A stretch of DNA of 64,000 bases from the NCBI GenBank assembly GCA_965203965.1, contig CBDBDR010000017.1, positions 32,001 to 96,000 of the forward strand, in the 5' to 3' direction. The notes under the pieces were generated by a model, which was given only the letters and a program-made list of their open reading frames with translations, did not search any database and had not been told where the DNA came from. The position numbers and the translations under genes are program-made. Below are positions 40,433 through 50,007 of this stretch, piece by piece. The first letter of the stretch is position 1. The number at the start of each line of letters is the position of its first letter. Source of the DNA: Thermodesulfobacteriota bacterium (GTDB lineage: Bacteria > Desulfobacterota_D > UBA1144 > Nemesobacterales > JAJCZQ01).

Positions 40433-42403
40433 ATGTGTATTCTGGGTGTTGACACGGGCGGGACGTTTACCGACTTTGTGTTTTATGACGGAAAAAATTA
40501 CAGTATATACAAATTGCCCTCAACGCCTGATAATCCTTCTTTAGCTATAAGATCCGGCGCCGACCACTTCAAATTCCTGCCGAACTTATTTGGAAAATTA
40601 AAATTAATTCATGGAACCACCGTTGCGACAAATGCGATTCTTGAACGCAAAGGAGCGGAGGTTTTGTTGTTTACTACGAAAGGGTTTGAAGATGTAATTG
40701 AAATTGGCAGGCAGAACCGCGGTAAGCTCTATTGTCTTTCTTGGAGAAAAAAGCCCCCATTGGTATCAAAGCAGAACAGGGTGGGAATAAAGGGCAGGAT
40801 TAATTACAAGGGGGAAATTCTGGAAGAATTGGCAGTTGATGAGATACGTAGGTTTATAGAAGATCAGAGCATAAAAAAATTTGATACCGTTGCCGTGTGC
40901 TTTATTAACTCGTACGTAAATCCTACCCATGAACTTGAAGCCCAGAAGGTACTAAAAGACCTGGACGTCCCGGTTTCAATATCATACGAGGTAATACCCG
41001 AATTTAGAGAGTATGAAAGGACTTCAACTACTGTGGCAAATTCTTACCTAATACCTAAAGTCAGGGGATACATGGACTCTTTGGATGAAAAGTTAAAAGG
41101 TGCGGATATTTATGTTATGCAGTCCAACGGTGGTGTTATAACTCCAGAGCAAGCGGGAAATGAGCCCGTGAGAATTATTGCTTCCGGACCTGCCGCCGGG
41201 GTGGTTGGAGCTTACAAGATTGCACGCCAGATAGGCATTGATAAGGTGGTAACCTATGATATGGGGGGAACATCTACCGATCTCTCTGTTTGTGACGGTG
41301 AGTTGAATTTTACGACTGAATCTTTAATTGACGGCATTCCAATAAAGACTCCGATGATTGATATTTTTACCATTGGTGCAGGGGGAGGTTCAATTGCCTA
41401 TGCGGATTCCGGTGGAGTATTGAAGGTGGGGCCTCAAAGCGCCGGTGCCAACCCGGGACCGGCATGTTATGGAAAAGGGGAATATCCCACTGTTACAGAT
41501 GCAAATCTTGTGCTGGGAAGAATAAGGGCTGATAATTTTCTGGGTGGAAGAATGAAGGTTGATCCTGAATTGGCAAACGCTTCTATTAAAAGATTGAATG
41601 AGAGTTTTGGAATAGATGAACTTATGCTTGCTGAGATGATAATAAGAGTTGCAAATTCCAATATGGAGCGGGCGATCAAGGTTATTTCAGTTGATAAAGG
41701 CTATGACCCAAGAGAGTTTTCACTTGTTGCCTTTGGTGGTGCAGCGGGGCTTCATGCCTGTGAGTTGGCAAGGAATATTGGTATTAAAAGAGTAATATTT
41801 CCAGTTGACCCAGGTGTTCTTTCTGCACTTGGAATGCTTTTTGCCGATTCTTTCAAGGACTACGGCAAGGGTTTTTTCATGGATTGTAAAGACTCAAACT
41901 TCAGTGTGCTTGAATTTCAGTATAAAGAGTTGGAAAAAAGAGCAGTGGAAGAACTGCAAGGCATATATTCAACTGGTGACAAGGTGGAGTTTGTGAGGTC
42001 AATAGACGTGAGGTATAAGAGGCAATCTCATGAGCTAACCATTCCTTATAGTCATAGATTTATGGATGATTTTCATAGTATGCACCTTAGAAAATACGGC
42101 TTTAACAGTGTTGACAATGTTGTGGAGATAGTAGCTGTAAGAGTAAGAGCCATAATCAGCAAATCAACACTTGAATTGCCTATCTTGAATAATGAGAGGA
42201 CAGAAATAACAAGTAGCGGCTCTTCGGTCTATATTGATAATAAATGGTTTGACATGAAATGTTACTACAGGGATCAGTTCTACGATGGATTTGCTTTTGA
42301 AGGTCCCTCAATTGTTGTCGAGGATACTTCAACCCTGTTTATTCCCGAGGGATTTAGGTGTGTTGTTGACCAATTTGGAAATATGCTTTCAGATCTATAT
42401 TGA
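40433..42403 (+). CDS. Hydantoinase/oxoprolinase family A subunit
   Basis: DTGGTFTD, HGTTVATNA, SGPAAG, DMGGTSTD, GAGGGSIA, GPACYG. Confidence 0.92.
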   Translation: MCILGVDTGGTFTDFVFYDGKNYSIYKLPSTPDNPSLAIRSGADHFKFLPNLFGKLKLIHGTTVATNAILERKGAEVLLFTTKGFEDVIEIGRQNRGKLYCLSWRKKPPLVSKQNRVGIKGRINYKGEILEELAVDEIRRFIEDQSIKKFDTVAVCFINSYVNPTHELEAQKVLKDLDVPVSISYEVIPEFREYERTSTTVANSYLIPKVRGYMDSLDEKLKGADIYVMQSNGGVITPEQAGNEPVRIIASGPAAGVVGAYKIARQIGIDKVVTYDMGGTSTDLSVCDGELNFTTESLIDGIPIKTPMIDIFTIGAGGGSIAYADSGGVLKVGPQSAGANPGPACYGKGEYPTVTDANLVLGRIRADNFLGGRMKVDPELANASIKRLNESFGIDELMLAEMIIRVANSNMERAIKVISVDKGYDPREFSLVAFGGAAGLHACELARNIGIKRVIFPVDPGVLSALGMLFADSFKDYGKGFFMDCKDSNFSVLEFQYKELEKRAVEELQGIYSTGDKVEFVRSIDVRYKRQSHELTIPYSHRFMDDFHSMHLRKYGFNSVDNVVEIVAVRVRAIISKSTLELPILNNERTEITSSGSSVYIDNKWFDMKCYYRDQFYDGFAFEGPSIVVEDTSTLFIPEGFRCVVDQFGNMLSDLY

Positions 42404-42443
42404 AGTATTGAAAAAAAATCAAACCACATAGTAGGTTGTAAAC

Positions 42444-44276
42444 ATGAAAAACGAGTTTGCGGTAATAATTACAAGTTATAACTTGGGTAAATACCTCAAG
42501 AAAGCTATTGATTCCGTCCATAAGCAAACGTTAAAAGACGTTCAATTAATCGTTGTTGATGATTGTTCGGATGATCCTGAGACAGTTCGTATTTTAGACG
42601 AGATTTCAAACAGTGTTCAAGTAATAAGAATGAAAGAGAATAAAGGAGTTTCATCAGCGAGAAATGAAGGTATAAGAAATTCAGATTCCAAATATATCTG
42701 CTGTCTTGACGGTGATGATTATATGGAGCCGACTTATTTAGAGAAAGCAAAGAGCATATTTGAAAGCCACAAAGAGGTGGGGATTGTAGCCTGTCACACG
42801 CGTTGTTTTGGGATGCTGAGTATCAGGTGGAAAGTTCAGGAAAACAGGACAGATCTAATTAGTATGTTGAAGAATAATGAACTTTATTCAGCCTCGTGTG
42901 TAAGAAGAGAAGCATCTGTCAAAGCGGGTATGTATGATGAAAAAATGAGAAATGATGAAGATTGGGAATATTGGATAAGGGTAATTAAGGACGGGTGGAA
43001 AGTAAAAGTGATCCCAGAATATTTATTCAATTACCGCCAGCGTAAGAATTCAAAGCGGGAAATAACCAAGAACAATGCAGACATTAACTATTCTCATATC
43101 ATAAGAAGTCACAAAAAATTATATGAGAAACACCTGGTTGAAATTCTTAGTGGTAAACATTTAGAGATGATGAATTTATTAGGTTATATAGGAAATTTAC
43201 AGGTGGTCAGAATTGCTTTACGTATTTTATATTTATTTAACGTGGAAATGGTAGGTTGCATACCTAATATGAAGAGTTTTAAGATAGTCAGGATTTGGTC
43301 ATATCCTTTAAGTAAGTGTAAAAAACTCTTCTTTAAGAGTTTCTCAAAACAGGATATGAGAAAAGTAGCAGAAAACTCAAACGAGTTTGCGGTAATAATT
43401 ACAAGTTATAACTTGGGTAAATACCTCAAGAAAGCTATTGATTCGGTTCATAAACAAACTTTAAAAGATGTTCAATTAGTCGTTGTTGATGATTGCTCGG
43501 ATGATCCTGAGACAGTTCGTATTTTAGATGAAATTTCGGACAGTGTTCAAGTAATAAGAATGAAAGAGAATAAAGGAGTTTCATCAGCACGTAATGAGGG
43601 TATAAAAAATACGAATTCCAAGTATATCTGTTGTCTTGATGCGGATGATTATATAGAGCCGACTTATTTAGAGAAAGCAAGGAATATATTTGAAAGCCAC
43701 AAAGAAGTGGGAATTGTAACCTGCCATATACGTTGTTTTGGGATGCTGAGTATTAAGTGTAAAGTTCAAGAAGACAGAACAGATCTAATTAGTATGTTAA
43801 AGAATAATGAACTTCGTTCACCATCATGTTGCGTCAGAAGGTGTGCATCTGTCAAAGCAGGTATGTATGATGAAAAAATGGGAAGCCATGCAGATTGGGA
43901 ATATGGGATAAAAATAGTTAAAGACAGTTGGAAGGTAAAAGTGATACCAGAGTATTTAATCAATTATTGCAGACGCAAGAATTCAATGTGGGAAACATCC
44001 AAGGGGAATTCGGATATTTATTATTCTCATATTATCAATAATCACAAAGAGCTATATGAGAAACACTTGGTTGAAATTCTTAGTGGTAAACATTTGGAGA
44101 TGGTGAATATACGAGGCTACATGAGGAGTTTTCTGATAGTGAGAATTGCTTTATATATCTTGTATGTTTTGAATTTAGAAATGGTAAGTTACCAGTTTAA
44201 TATAAAAAGCATCCGTTTAGTAAGAATTGCAACACGCATGTTAAATAGTGGGTCTAGAATTTTCAAATTGTTTTAG
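42444..44276 (+). CDS. Glycosyltransferase family 2 with two tandem GT2 domains
   Basis: Two copies of VIITSYN, VVDDCSDD, SSARNEG, CCLDxDD. Confidence 0.92.
   Translation: MKNEFAVIITSYNLGKYLKKAIDSVHKQTLKDVQLIVVDDCSDDPETVRILDEISNSVQVIRMKENKGVSSARNEGIRNSDSKYICCLDGDDYMEPTYLEKAKSIFESHKEVGIVACHTRCFGMLSIRWKVQENRTDLISMLKNNELYSASCVRREASVKAGMYDEKMRNDEDWEYWIRVIKDGWKVKVIPEYLFNYRQRKNSKREITKNNADINYSHIIRSHKKLYEKHLVEILSGKHLEMMNLLGYIGNLQVVRIALRILYLFNVEMVGCIPNMKSFKIVRIWSYPLSKCKKLFFKSFSKQDMRKVAENSNEFAVIITSYNLGKYLKKAIDSVHKQTLKDVQLVVVDDCSDDPETVRILDEISDSVQVIRMKENKGVSSARNEGIKNTNSKYICCLDADDYIEPTYLEKARNIFESHKEVGIVTCHIRCFGMLSIKCKVQEDRTDLISMLKNNELRSPSCCVRRCASVKAGMYDEKMGSHADWEYGIKIVKDSWKVKVIPEYLINYCRRKNSMWETSKGNSDIYYSHIINNHKELYEKHLVEILSGKHLEMVNIRGYMRSFLIVRIALYILYVLNLEMVSYQFNIKSIRLVRIATRMLNSGSRIFKLF
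42451..44200 (+). repeat. 930-bp-period intragenic duplication
   Basis: acgagtttgcggtaataattacaagttataacttggg recurs at 42451 and 43381; similarity decays toward the 3' end; end coordinate approximate. Confidence 0.92.
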
Positions 44277-45607
44277 GCAGTTTTTCTTGTAAAATCATCC
44301 TTTATCTTTATAAGAGTTTCCTCCCAAAGGTCATAAACTTTCTCAGGAGTGTAGAGTTTTGCAGTTTCTATTCCATTTTGTCCTAATTTTTCTCTCATCT
44401 CGGCGTTTACAATAAGTTTTTCCAAACATGCAGCAAGACTTTCAACAGGGTTATTTCCGTCAGCTAACAATCCATTGTATTCATGCTGAACTAAATAGTT
44501 TACTCCCTTTGCATTATCAAATCCTACTGATGGTAGTCCGTGAGCCATAGCTTCAACTAAAGTAAGCCCAAACCCTTCAAACTTGGAAGGCATGGCAAAG
44601 ACATGGGCTTTTCTGTATTGTTCATAAATATTGTCAGTATTACCCATCAGTATTATTCTGTCCTGAAGTTCCAGTTCATGTATTTGGCTTGTCAATTCTT
44701 CTCTTAATTTCCCGTCTCCAAAGATTTTTACTTGCCAGTTTGGATACTGATGGGATACCCTCGCAAAAGACTCTACTAAAACTGAATGATTTTTTTGTTC
44801 TACTAACCTTCCCACTGCAAGAATAGTTTTAGGTTCAGTTTCTGTGGCAGGTTTTGATCTTTCTTTAGAAGCTATTTGAGGTATGGGATTTGGAATAATG
44901 TGAACCTTGTTCTGCAGAAGTTCTGGTAATTCAGTTTTACCTTCTGGTAATAAAACTGTAATAGCGTCTATCAATTCCAATGATTTGTTAAATTTTGCAA
45001 GCCCTGCCGGGTGTATTCTCTTAACCCATTTTAGATTATGTTCTAAAATGTTATGAAAGCTGAATACAATGGGAAAATCTCTGTCGGTAAGCATATATGG
45101 CACGTGTATGAATAAGCGTGATGGCATAAAAAATATCAAGATGTCTGGTTTATGCTGTTTTATAATTCCTTGCCAATTGAATATATATCTAAAAGCAAGA
45201 TGTAGAAGTCTCCAGCTATATTCGCTCGCATAGTGGCTCAATTTTGAAGGTGTTTTTTCACTTGATAGTGGTTTAGGAGGATCGGAGTTTTTAAACAAGG
45301 AAGATGGAATTTGTATTAACTGATTTACTTTTTTATAGATTTTGTCTCTGTATTTTGCAACATTTATAAAAAACTCAAATTTTATTCTGTCTATTAAACC
45401 ATTTGATGATCCAATCAGGTTGCAGTCTTTAACTTCTGGCAAAATAGGATACATAAATTCGTCTCTATTCTTTGTATCAATACAAAAAATTGTTACATCG
45501 TGCTTTCTGACAATAAGTTCATTGGCAAGCTCTATCAACACTCTTTCTGCTCCTCCTTTAGTGGAGAGGTTTTTATTAATGTTTTGTATGACAAAGCCTA
45601 TTTTCAT
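44273..45607 (-). CDS. Glycosyltransferase family 4 (GT-B)
   Basis: GGAERV, VGRLVEQKN, EGFGLTLVEAMAHG; likely start MKIGF at 45607 (ORF track 45646). Confidence 0.9.
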   Translation of the reverse strand: MKIGFVIQNINKNLSTKGGAERVLIELANELIVRKHDVTIFCIDTKNRDEFMYPILPEVKDCNLIGSSNGLIDRIKFEFFINVAKYRDKIYKKVNQLIQIPSSLFKNSDPPKPLSSEKTPSKLSHYASEYSWRLLHLAFRYIFNWQGIIKQHKPDILIFFMPSRLFIHVPYMLTDRDFPIVFSFHNILEHNLKWVKRIHPAGLAKFNKSLELIDAITVLLPEGKTELPELLQNKVHIIPNPIPQIASKERSKPATETEPKTILAVGRLVEQKNHSVLVESFARVSHQYPNWQVKIFGDGKLREELTSQIHELELQDRIILMGNTDNIYEQYRKAHVFAMPSKFEGFGLTLVEAMAHGLPSVGFDNAKGVNYLVQHEYNGLLADGNNPVESLAACLEKLIVNAEMREKLGQNGIETAKLYTPEKVYDLWEETLIKIKDDFTRKTA

Positions 45608-45821
45608 TTTTTGATTCGTTGCGACTATAGATAAAAAGATGGACACTAATACTATGTTGTATTAAGTATTTAAATTATTTCTTTATTACTACATTTGGTG
45701 TGATACAAGACATTATACAGACGCTAAGAGACCTCATCAAATATGTGGCGATGCCATTAGGGAAATACGCAAAATTAAATAATTCATATTTGTAAGGATT
45801 TTGCTTAGCTTTTGTATAAAG

Positions 45822-46547
45822 CTAATTGACTACTTCCTCTTTCTCAATGCAACCTTTATTTATATAATAGATACGATCAGTCAGGTTTTTCATCTGGTCA
45901 AAGTTATGAGTGATTATAAAAAATGTTTTCTCACTGTCTTTTATCATCTGGTGAATTTTTGTTCTGCATTTATCACGGAAAGACTGGTCACCCACGGCTA
46001 AAACCTCGTCTAAAAGAAATACATTAGCGTTGCTGTGAATGGCAACTGCAAAGCCCAATCTTATAACCATTCCTGATGAGTACTGTTTTACGGGCATGTC
46101 CAGAAATTTTTCCTCCAGTTCTGTAAATTCCATAATTTTATCCAAACGGCTCTTTATCTGCTTTATTGACATTCCAAGAATTACACCATTAGTGTAAATA
46201 TTTTCTTTCCCAGTCAGTTCGGGATGAAACCCTGCTCCGACCGATATTAGCGGTGCAACTATGCCTTTTAATTTAATACCGCCCTTTGTTGGATAAGTAA
46301 CTTTGGCAAGCAGCTTTATGATCGTTGTTTTTCCCGAGCCATTTGGACCATAAAGCCCAACTGATTCACCTTTATTGACGGTGATGTTTATATCCTTTAA
46401 CGCCCAGAATTCATTACTCTTTTTAGTAGTTTTTTTGCTATTGGAGAAAAAGAATTCAATGTTTTCTCGCAAAGTGTTGTGGAATCTTCTCTTGACCCTG
46501 AATTTTTTCCAGACGTTTTTAATTTCTATTACAGGCTCAGATGACAT
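45822..46547 (-). CDS. wzt: Polysaccharide ABC exporter ATP-binding subunit (no C-terminal sugar-binding domain)
   Basis: FWALKDI, GPNGSGKTT, GFHPELTGKEN, YSSGM, LDEVLAVGD. Confidence 0.9.
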   Translation of the reverse strand: MSSEPVIEIKNVWKKFRVKRRFHNTLRENIEFFFSNSKKTTKKSNEFWALKDINITVNKGESVGLYGPNGSGKTTIIKLLAKVTYPTKGGIKLKGIVAPLISVGAGFHPELTGKENIYTNGVILGMSIKQIKSRLDKIMEFTELEEKFLDMPVKQYSSGMVIRLGFAVAIHSNANVFLLDEVLAVGDQSFRDKCRTKIHQMIKDSEKTFFIITHNFDQMKNLTDRIYYINKGCIEKEEVVN

Positions 46548-47316
46548 CCGCGAAATTTTTCTCCATTTTGGTAAACAGCTTGCTTGAGATGTAAAACAGT
46601 ATCAATACAAGAGCAGAAGAAAAAGCTAATTGCCACAGTGTAACATTTCTTCCTTCCAACAAACATCTTCTTATGTTTTCAATAATGAACGTCATGGGGT
46701 TCAAGAATACAAGCAATTTAAGTTCCAGACTCAGTTTGTCTATGGAGTAAAGAATAGGGGAAGCAAAAAACAAAAGTTGCAGAATAAATTTTGAAATAAG
46801 TCCTACGTCAGTGTAGTAAACGTTCAGGCTTGATATTATCAATGACATTGACAAGGTAAAAAGCAGTAGCAGGAACATAAGAGGAATAATCCACAATATG
46901 GCAAAACTCACCTGTATCTTGAAAAATATCATCATTAAGGCAAAAAGAATTGATGAAATCATCATGTCAATAAATGCAACTGCAATTCCCGACAACGGAA
47001 GTATTTCTCTGGGAAAATAGATCTTTGTGACCAACTCGCGGTTGAATACAATACTGTTGATTGAATAGTCCCAAGAAGAAGCAAAAAACATCCAGGGGAG
47101 TAACGCGCTGTAGAAAAACACCGGTCGTGGATAGTCTCCGACTTTGAGCTTTAGCACGTAGGTGAAAATAAAGGTGAACAGCAGCATCAGGCTTAACGGT
47201 TGAAGCAATGCCCATAAGGCACCGAGGATGCTATTTTTGTATCTTACGCTGAACTCTTTCCATATCAATATGTAAAGGAGTTCTTTATAGGGAAGCAGTC
47301 TTGATATTAGGTTCAT
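46537..47316 (-). CDS. wzm: Polysaccharide ABC exporter permease
   Basis: RYKNSILGALWALLQPL, KIYFPRE, NPMTFIIE. Confidence 0.9.
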   Translation of the reverse strand: MNLISRLLPYKELLYILIWKEFSVRYKNSILGALWALLQPLSLMLLFTFIFTYVLKLKVGDYPRPVFFYSALLPWMFFASSWDYSINSIVFNRELVTKIYFPREILPLSGIAVAFIDMMISSILFALMMIFFKIQVSFAILWIIPLMFLLLLFTLSMSLIISSLNVYYTDVGLISKFILQLLFFASPILYSIDKLSLELKLLVFLNPMTFIIENIRRCLLEGRNVTLWQLAFSSALVLILFYISSKLFTKMEKNFADVI

Positions 47317-47369
47317 TGTGAGTGTTACTTGATTCCGTTCCCTTAACCTTTTGCCTCATAATATCTTAA

Positions 47370-48077
47370 TTGGAAATCCGATTGAGAAATGTTATGACTT
47401 CAACTTTGGATAATATAAAATTTTTAAGTTTTCCGATTTTATTATATACAATTCTACGTATTTTGAACCACACAATAGTGAATTCAGCCGCGACTTTGAA
47501 TAAAAATCTGCTCTACAACTTGGAAAAATATTATAAGTATAGAAAGCCGGGAAAGGTAACTGAAGACAATAACTATATCCACGCTTCGGTTGCTGTGATT
47601 TTAAACAGTGAACTGGAAATACTGTTTATTAAAAGACCTGAAGTTTCAGGCGATCCTTATTCGGGACACGTGGCTTTTCCTGGGGGCAAAAGTAATAAGG
47701 AGGACATAGACCCCAGATTTACTGCCGTCAGGGAAGTGAGCGAGGAAGTTGGAATTGACCTTGAAAAAGAGGCGAGAATAGTCAGTGATATGGACCAAGT
47801 AAAATCGTTAAATCCACAAGGTACCGGCTATATAGTTACGCCATTTTTTGCAATTATGGAGGAGGCAAAGGATCTTGTAGTTAGCAGTGAAGTTGAGAGA
47901 TGTATATGGGTTTCTTTATTTCATCTTCTTGACAGTTGCAACATGAGAGTAAGAGTTAAAGAGAGACCAGGTAGGAATGTAAAAGATTTTGTGTATGAAT
48001 ACGATAATTATATTATATGGGGTATGACGGGGAAAATTGTGAATTCATTTATAGAAGATGTTTCTATTATTATCTAA
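47370..48077 (+). CDS. Nudix hydrolase, CoA pyrophosphatase-like (true start probably downstream)
   Basis: SGHVAFPGG...TAVREVSEEVG Nudix box, IWGMTG. Confidence 0.85.
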   Translation: MEIRLRNVMTSTLDNIKFLSFPILLYTILRILNHTIVNSAATLNKNLLYNLEKYYKYRKPGKVTEDNNYIHASVAVILNSELEILFIKRPEVSGDPYSGHVAFPGGKSNKEDIDPRFTAVREVSEEVGIDLEKEARIVSDMDQVKSLNPQGTGYIVTPFFAIMEEAKDLVVSSEVERCIWVSLFHLLDSCNMRVRVKERPGRNVKDFVYEYDNYIIWGMTGKIVNSFIEDVSIII

Positions 48078-48153
48078 GTATTAATGTTAATTAGATTTGT
48101 TCTAATAAATTTTTGGTTTGCGGTTTACATAGATCTTTATAAGGGGGTAAGTT

Positions 48154-48588
48154 ATGTCAGTAAACAAGGCTATTTTAATAGGTAATCTGGGAGGTGACCC
48201 CGAGGTTCGCTACACTGCAAGCGGTCAGGCGGTCGCAAATTTCACGATTGCTACGAGTGAAGTGTTTTATGATAAGGATAAAAACAAGCAGGAACGTACT
48301 GAATGGCACAGAATTGTAGCTTGGGATAGGTTGGCTGAAATATGCGGAGAATACCTTACAAAGGGTAGGTCAGTTTACATTGAGGGCAAGATACAGACCA
48401 GATCTTGGGAGGATAAGGAAGGGAATAAAAGATGGACTACTGAGATAGTTGCTAGACAGATGCAGATGCTGGGACAAGCTGGCGAAAGATCCGGGCAAAC
48501 CTCTTCACGTAAAGACCTTGAGGATCCCCCTGATAATTTCAGTTTTGATGAAAACTCCGTAAACACCGATGATGACATCCCTTTTTAA
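48154..48588 (+). CDS. ssb: Single-stranded DNA-binding protein
   Basis: [19 protein letters not shown]-terminal DDDIPF. Confidence 0.97.
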   Translation: MSVNKAILIGNLGGDPEVRYTASGQAVANFTIATSEVFYDKDKNKQERTEWHRIVAWDRLAEICGEYLTKGRSVYIEGKIQTRSWEDKEGNKRWTTEIVARQMQMLGQAGERSGQTSSRKDLEDPPDNFSFDENSVNTDDDIPF

Positions 48589-48630
48589 CTTCCACCTTTG
48601 TAATTCCATCTTAAAAACATGGATACATAG

Positions 48631-50007
48631 ATGTCCCTGATAGCACTGACTCTTGCAGCCGGGAGGGGCACAAGGATGAAATCGGACTTGCCAAAGGTCA
48701 TTCATCCTATTCTTAACAAACCCATGATAAGATACGTTGTTGATGCTGTCAGCCTTGCAAAACCTTCTAAGATATACATTGTTGCTAGATACAAGAAGGA
48801 TTTAATCAGCAGTTGTTTGGAAAACTGCAACCTGAAGGTTGAGTATGTTTTTCAAGAACGCCAGCTTGGAACAGGACACGCGGTTTTCATCGCCCAATCA
48901 AAACTCAAATCCCACAAGGGTAATATTCTCATAGTTAACGGGGATTCTCCTGCGATTACTGGAGGTGAGTTGAGAAAATTAGTCAGAAAGCATTCAAAAA
49001 GCGGCGCCGCGATTTCTTTAATAACTGCTGAAGTGGAAAATCCCCATGGATATGGTCGTATGGTTCGGGATAGTAATAATAAGGTGCAAGGCATAATTGA
49101 GGAAAAAGATGCCACGGCTAAAGAAAAGAAAATCAGAGAGATTAATTCAGGAATATACTGCGTTAGGTCAGATTTTTTATGGGATGCTTTGAGAAACTTG
49201 AGGTCGGATAATGAGCAGGGGGAGTATTACCTGCCTGGTATAGTGGGTTATGCCGTTAGCAAAGGTTTGAAGGTCATTGTCAATAATATTTCCGATCCAA
49301 ATGAGATATTGGGTGTAAACAACAGATTGGAGCTTTCAGTTATGGAGAACTATTTAAGGTCAAAAATAGTGAAAAAGCTCTGTGTGTCCGGTGTTACAAT
49401 TATAGATCCCGAATCCACTTTTATTGCTCCCGACGTGAAAATTGGAAGTGATACGGTCATTTATCCCGGCACTTATATCTATGGTGATACAAAAACTGGA
49501 AGCTCATGCACAATTGGACCGAACGTTTATATGGAGAATTGTAACGTGGGTAAGAATGTCAAGATAAGATTTTCTTCATATTTAGACAGATCTAAGATAG
49601 GTAATGATACTATTGTTGGACCATTCGCACATTTAAGACCGGGGGCACACGTAGGAGACGGTTCAAAAATAGGGAATTTTGTAGAGATCAAAAAATCGAA
49701 AATTGGTGGTGGAAGTAAGATTCCGCACCTGTCTTATGTTGGTGATGCGATTGTGGGAAAAAAAGTCAATATAGGTGCCGGCACCATTACCTGTAATTAT
49801 GATGGAGTCAATAAGCATCAAACTATAATAGAGGACAACGTGTTTATAGGAAGTGACAGTATGCTTGTTGCTCCCATCAAGGTAGGCAAGGGAGCCGTTA
49901 CGGCAGCAGGATCAACTATAACAAAAGATGTTGACAGGGATTCTCTTGCTATTGAGAGAAGCCAGCAAAAAATAATTAAAGGCTGGAATAAAAGGAATAA
50001 AAGATAA
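48631..50007 (+). CDS. glmU: Bifunctional GlmU
   Basis: LAAGRGTRMKS, QLGTGHA, GNFVEIK, HLSYVGDA, NYDG. Confidence 0.97.
   Translation: MSLIALTLAAGRGTRMKSDLPKVIHPILNKPMIRYVVDAVSLAKPSKIYIVARYKKDLISSCLENCNLKVEYVFQERQLGTGHAVFIAQSKLKSHKGNILIVNGDSPAITGGELRKLVRKHSKSGAAISLITAEVENPHGYGRMVRDSNNKVQGIIEEKDATAKEKKIREINSGIYCVRSDFLWDALRNLRSDNEQGEYYLPGIVGYAVSKGLKVIVNNISDPNEILGVNNRLELSVMENYLRSKIVKKLCVSGVTIIDPESTFIAPDVKIGSDTVIYPGTYIYGDTKTGSSCTIGPNVYMENCNVGKNVKIRFSSYLDRSKIGNDTIVGPFAHLRPGAHVGDGSKIGNFVEIKKSKIGGGSKIPHLSYVGDAIVGKKVNIGAGTITCNYDGVNKHQTIIEDNVFIGSDSMLVAPIKVGKGAVTAAGSTITKDVDRDSLAIERSQQKIIKGWNKRNKR

Noticed and set aside
42505..43680. Two similar 81-aa minus-strand ORFs
   Set aside because: Antisense shadows of the GT2 duplication.
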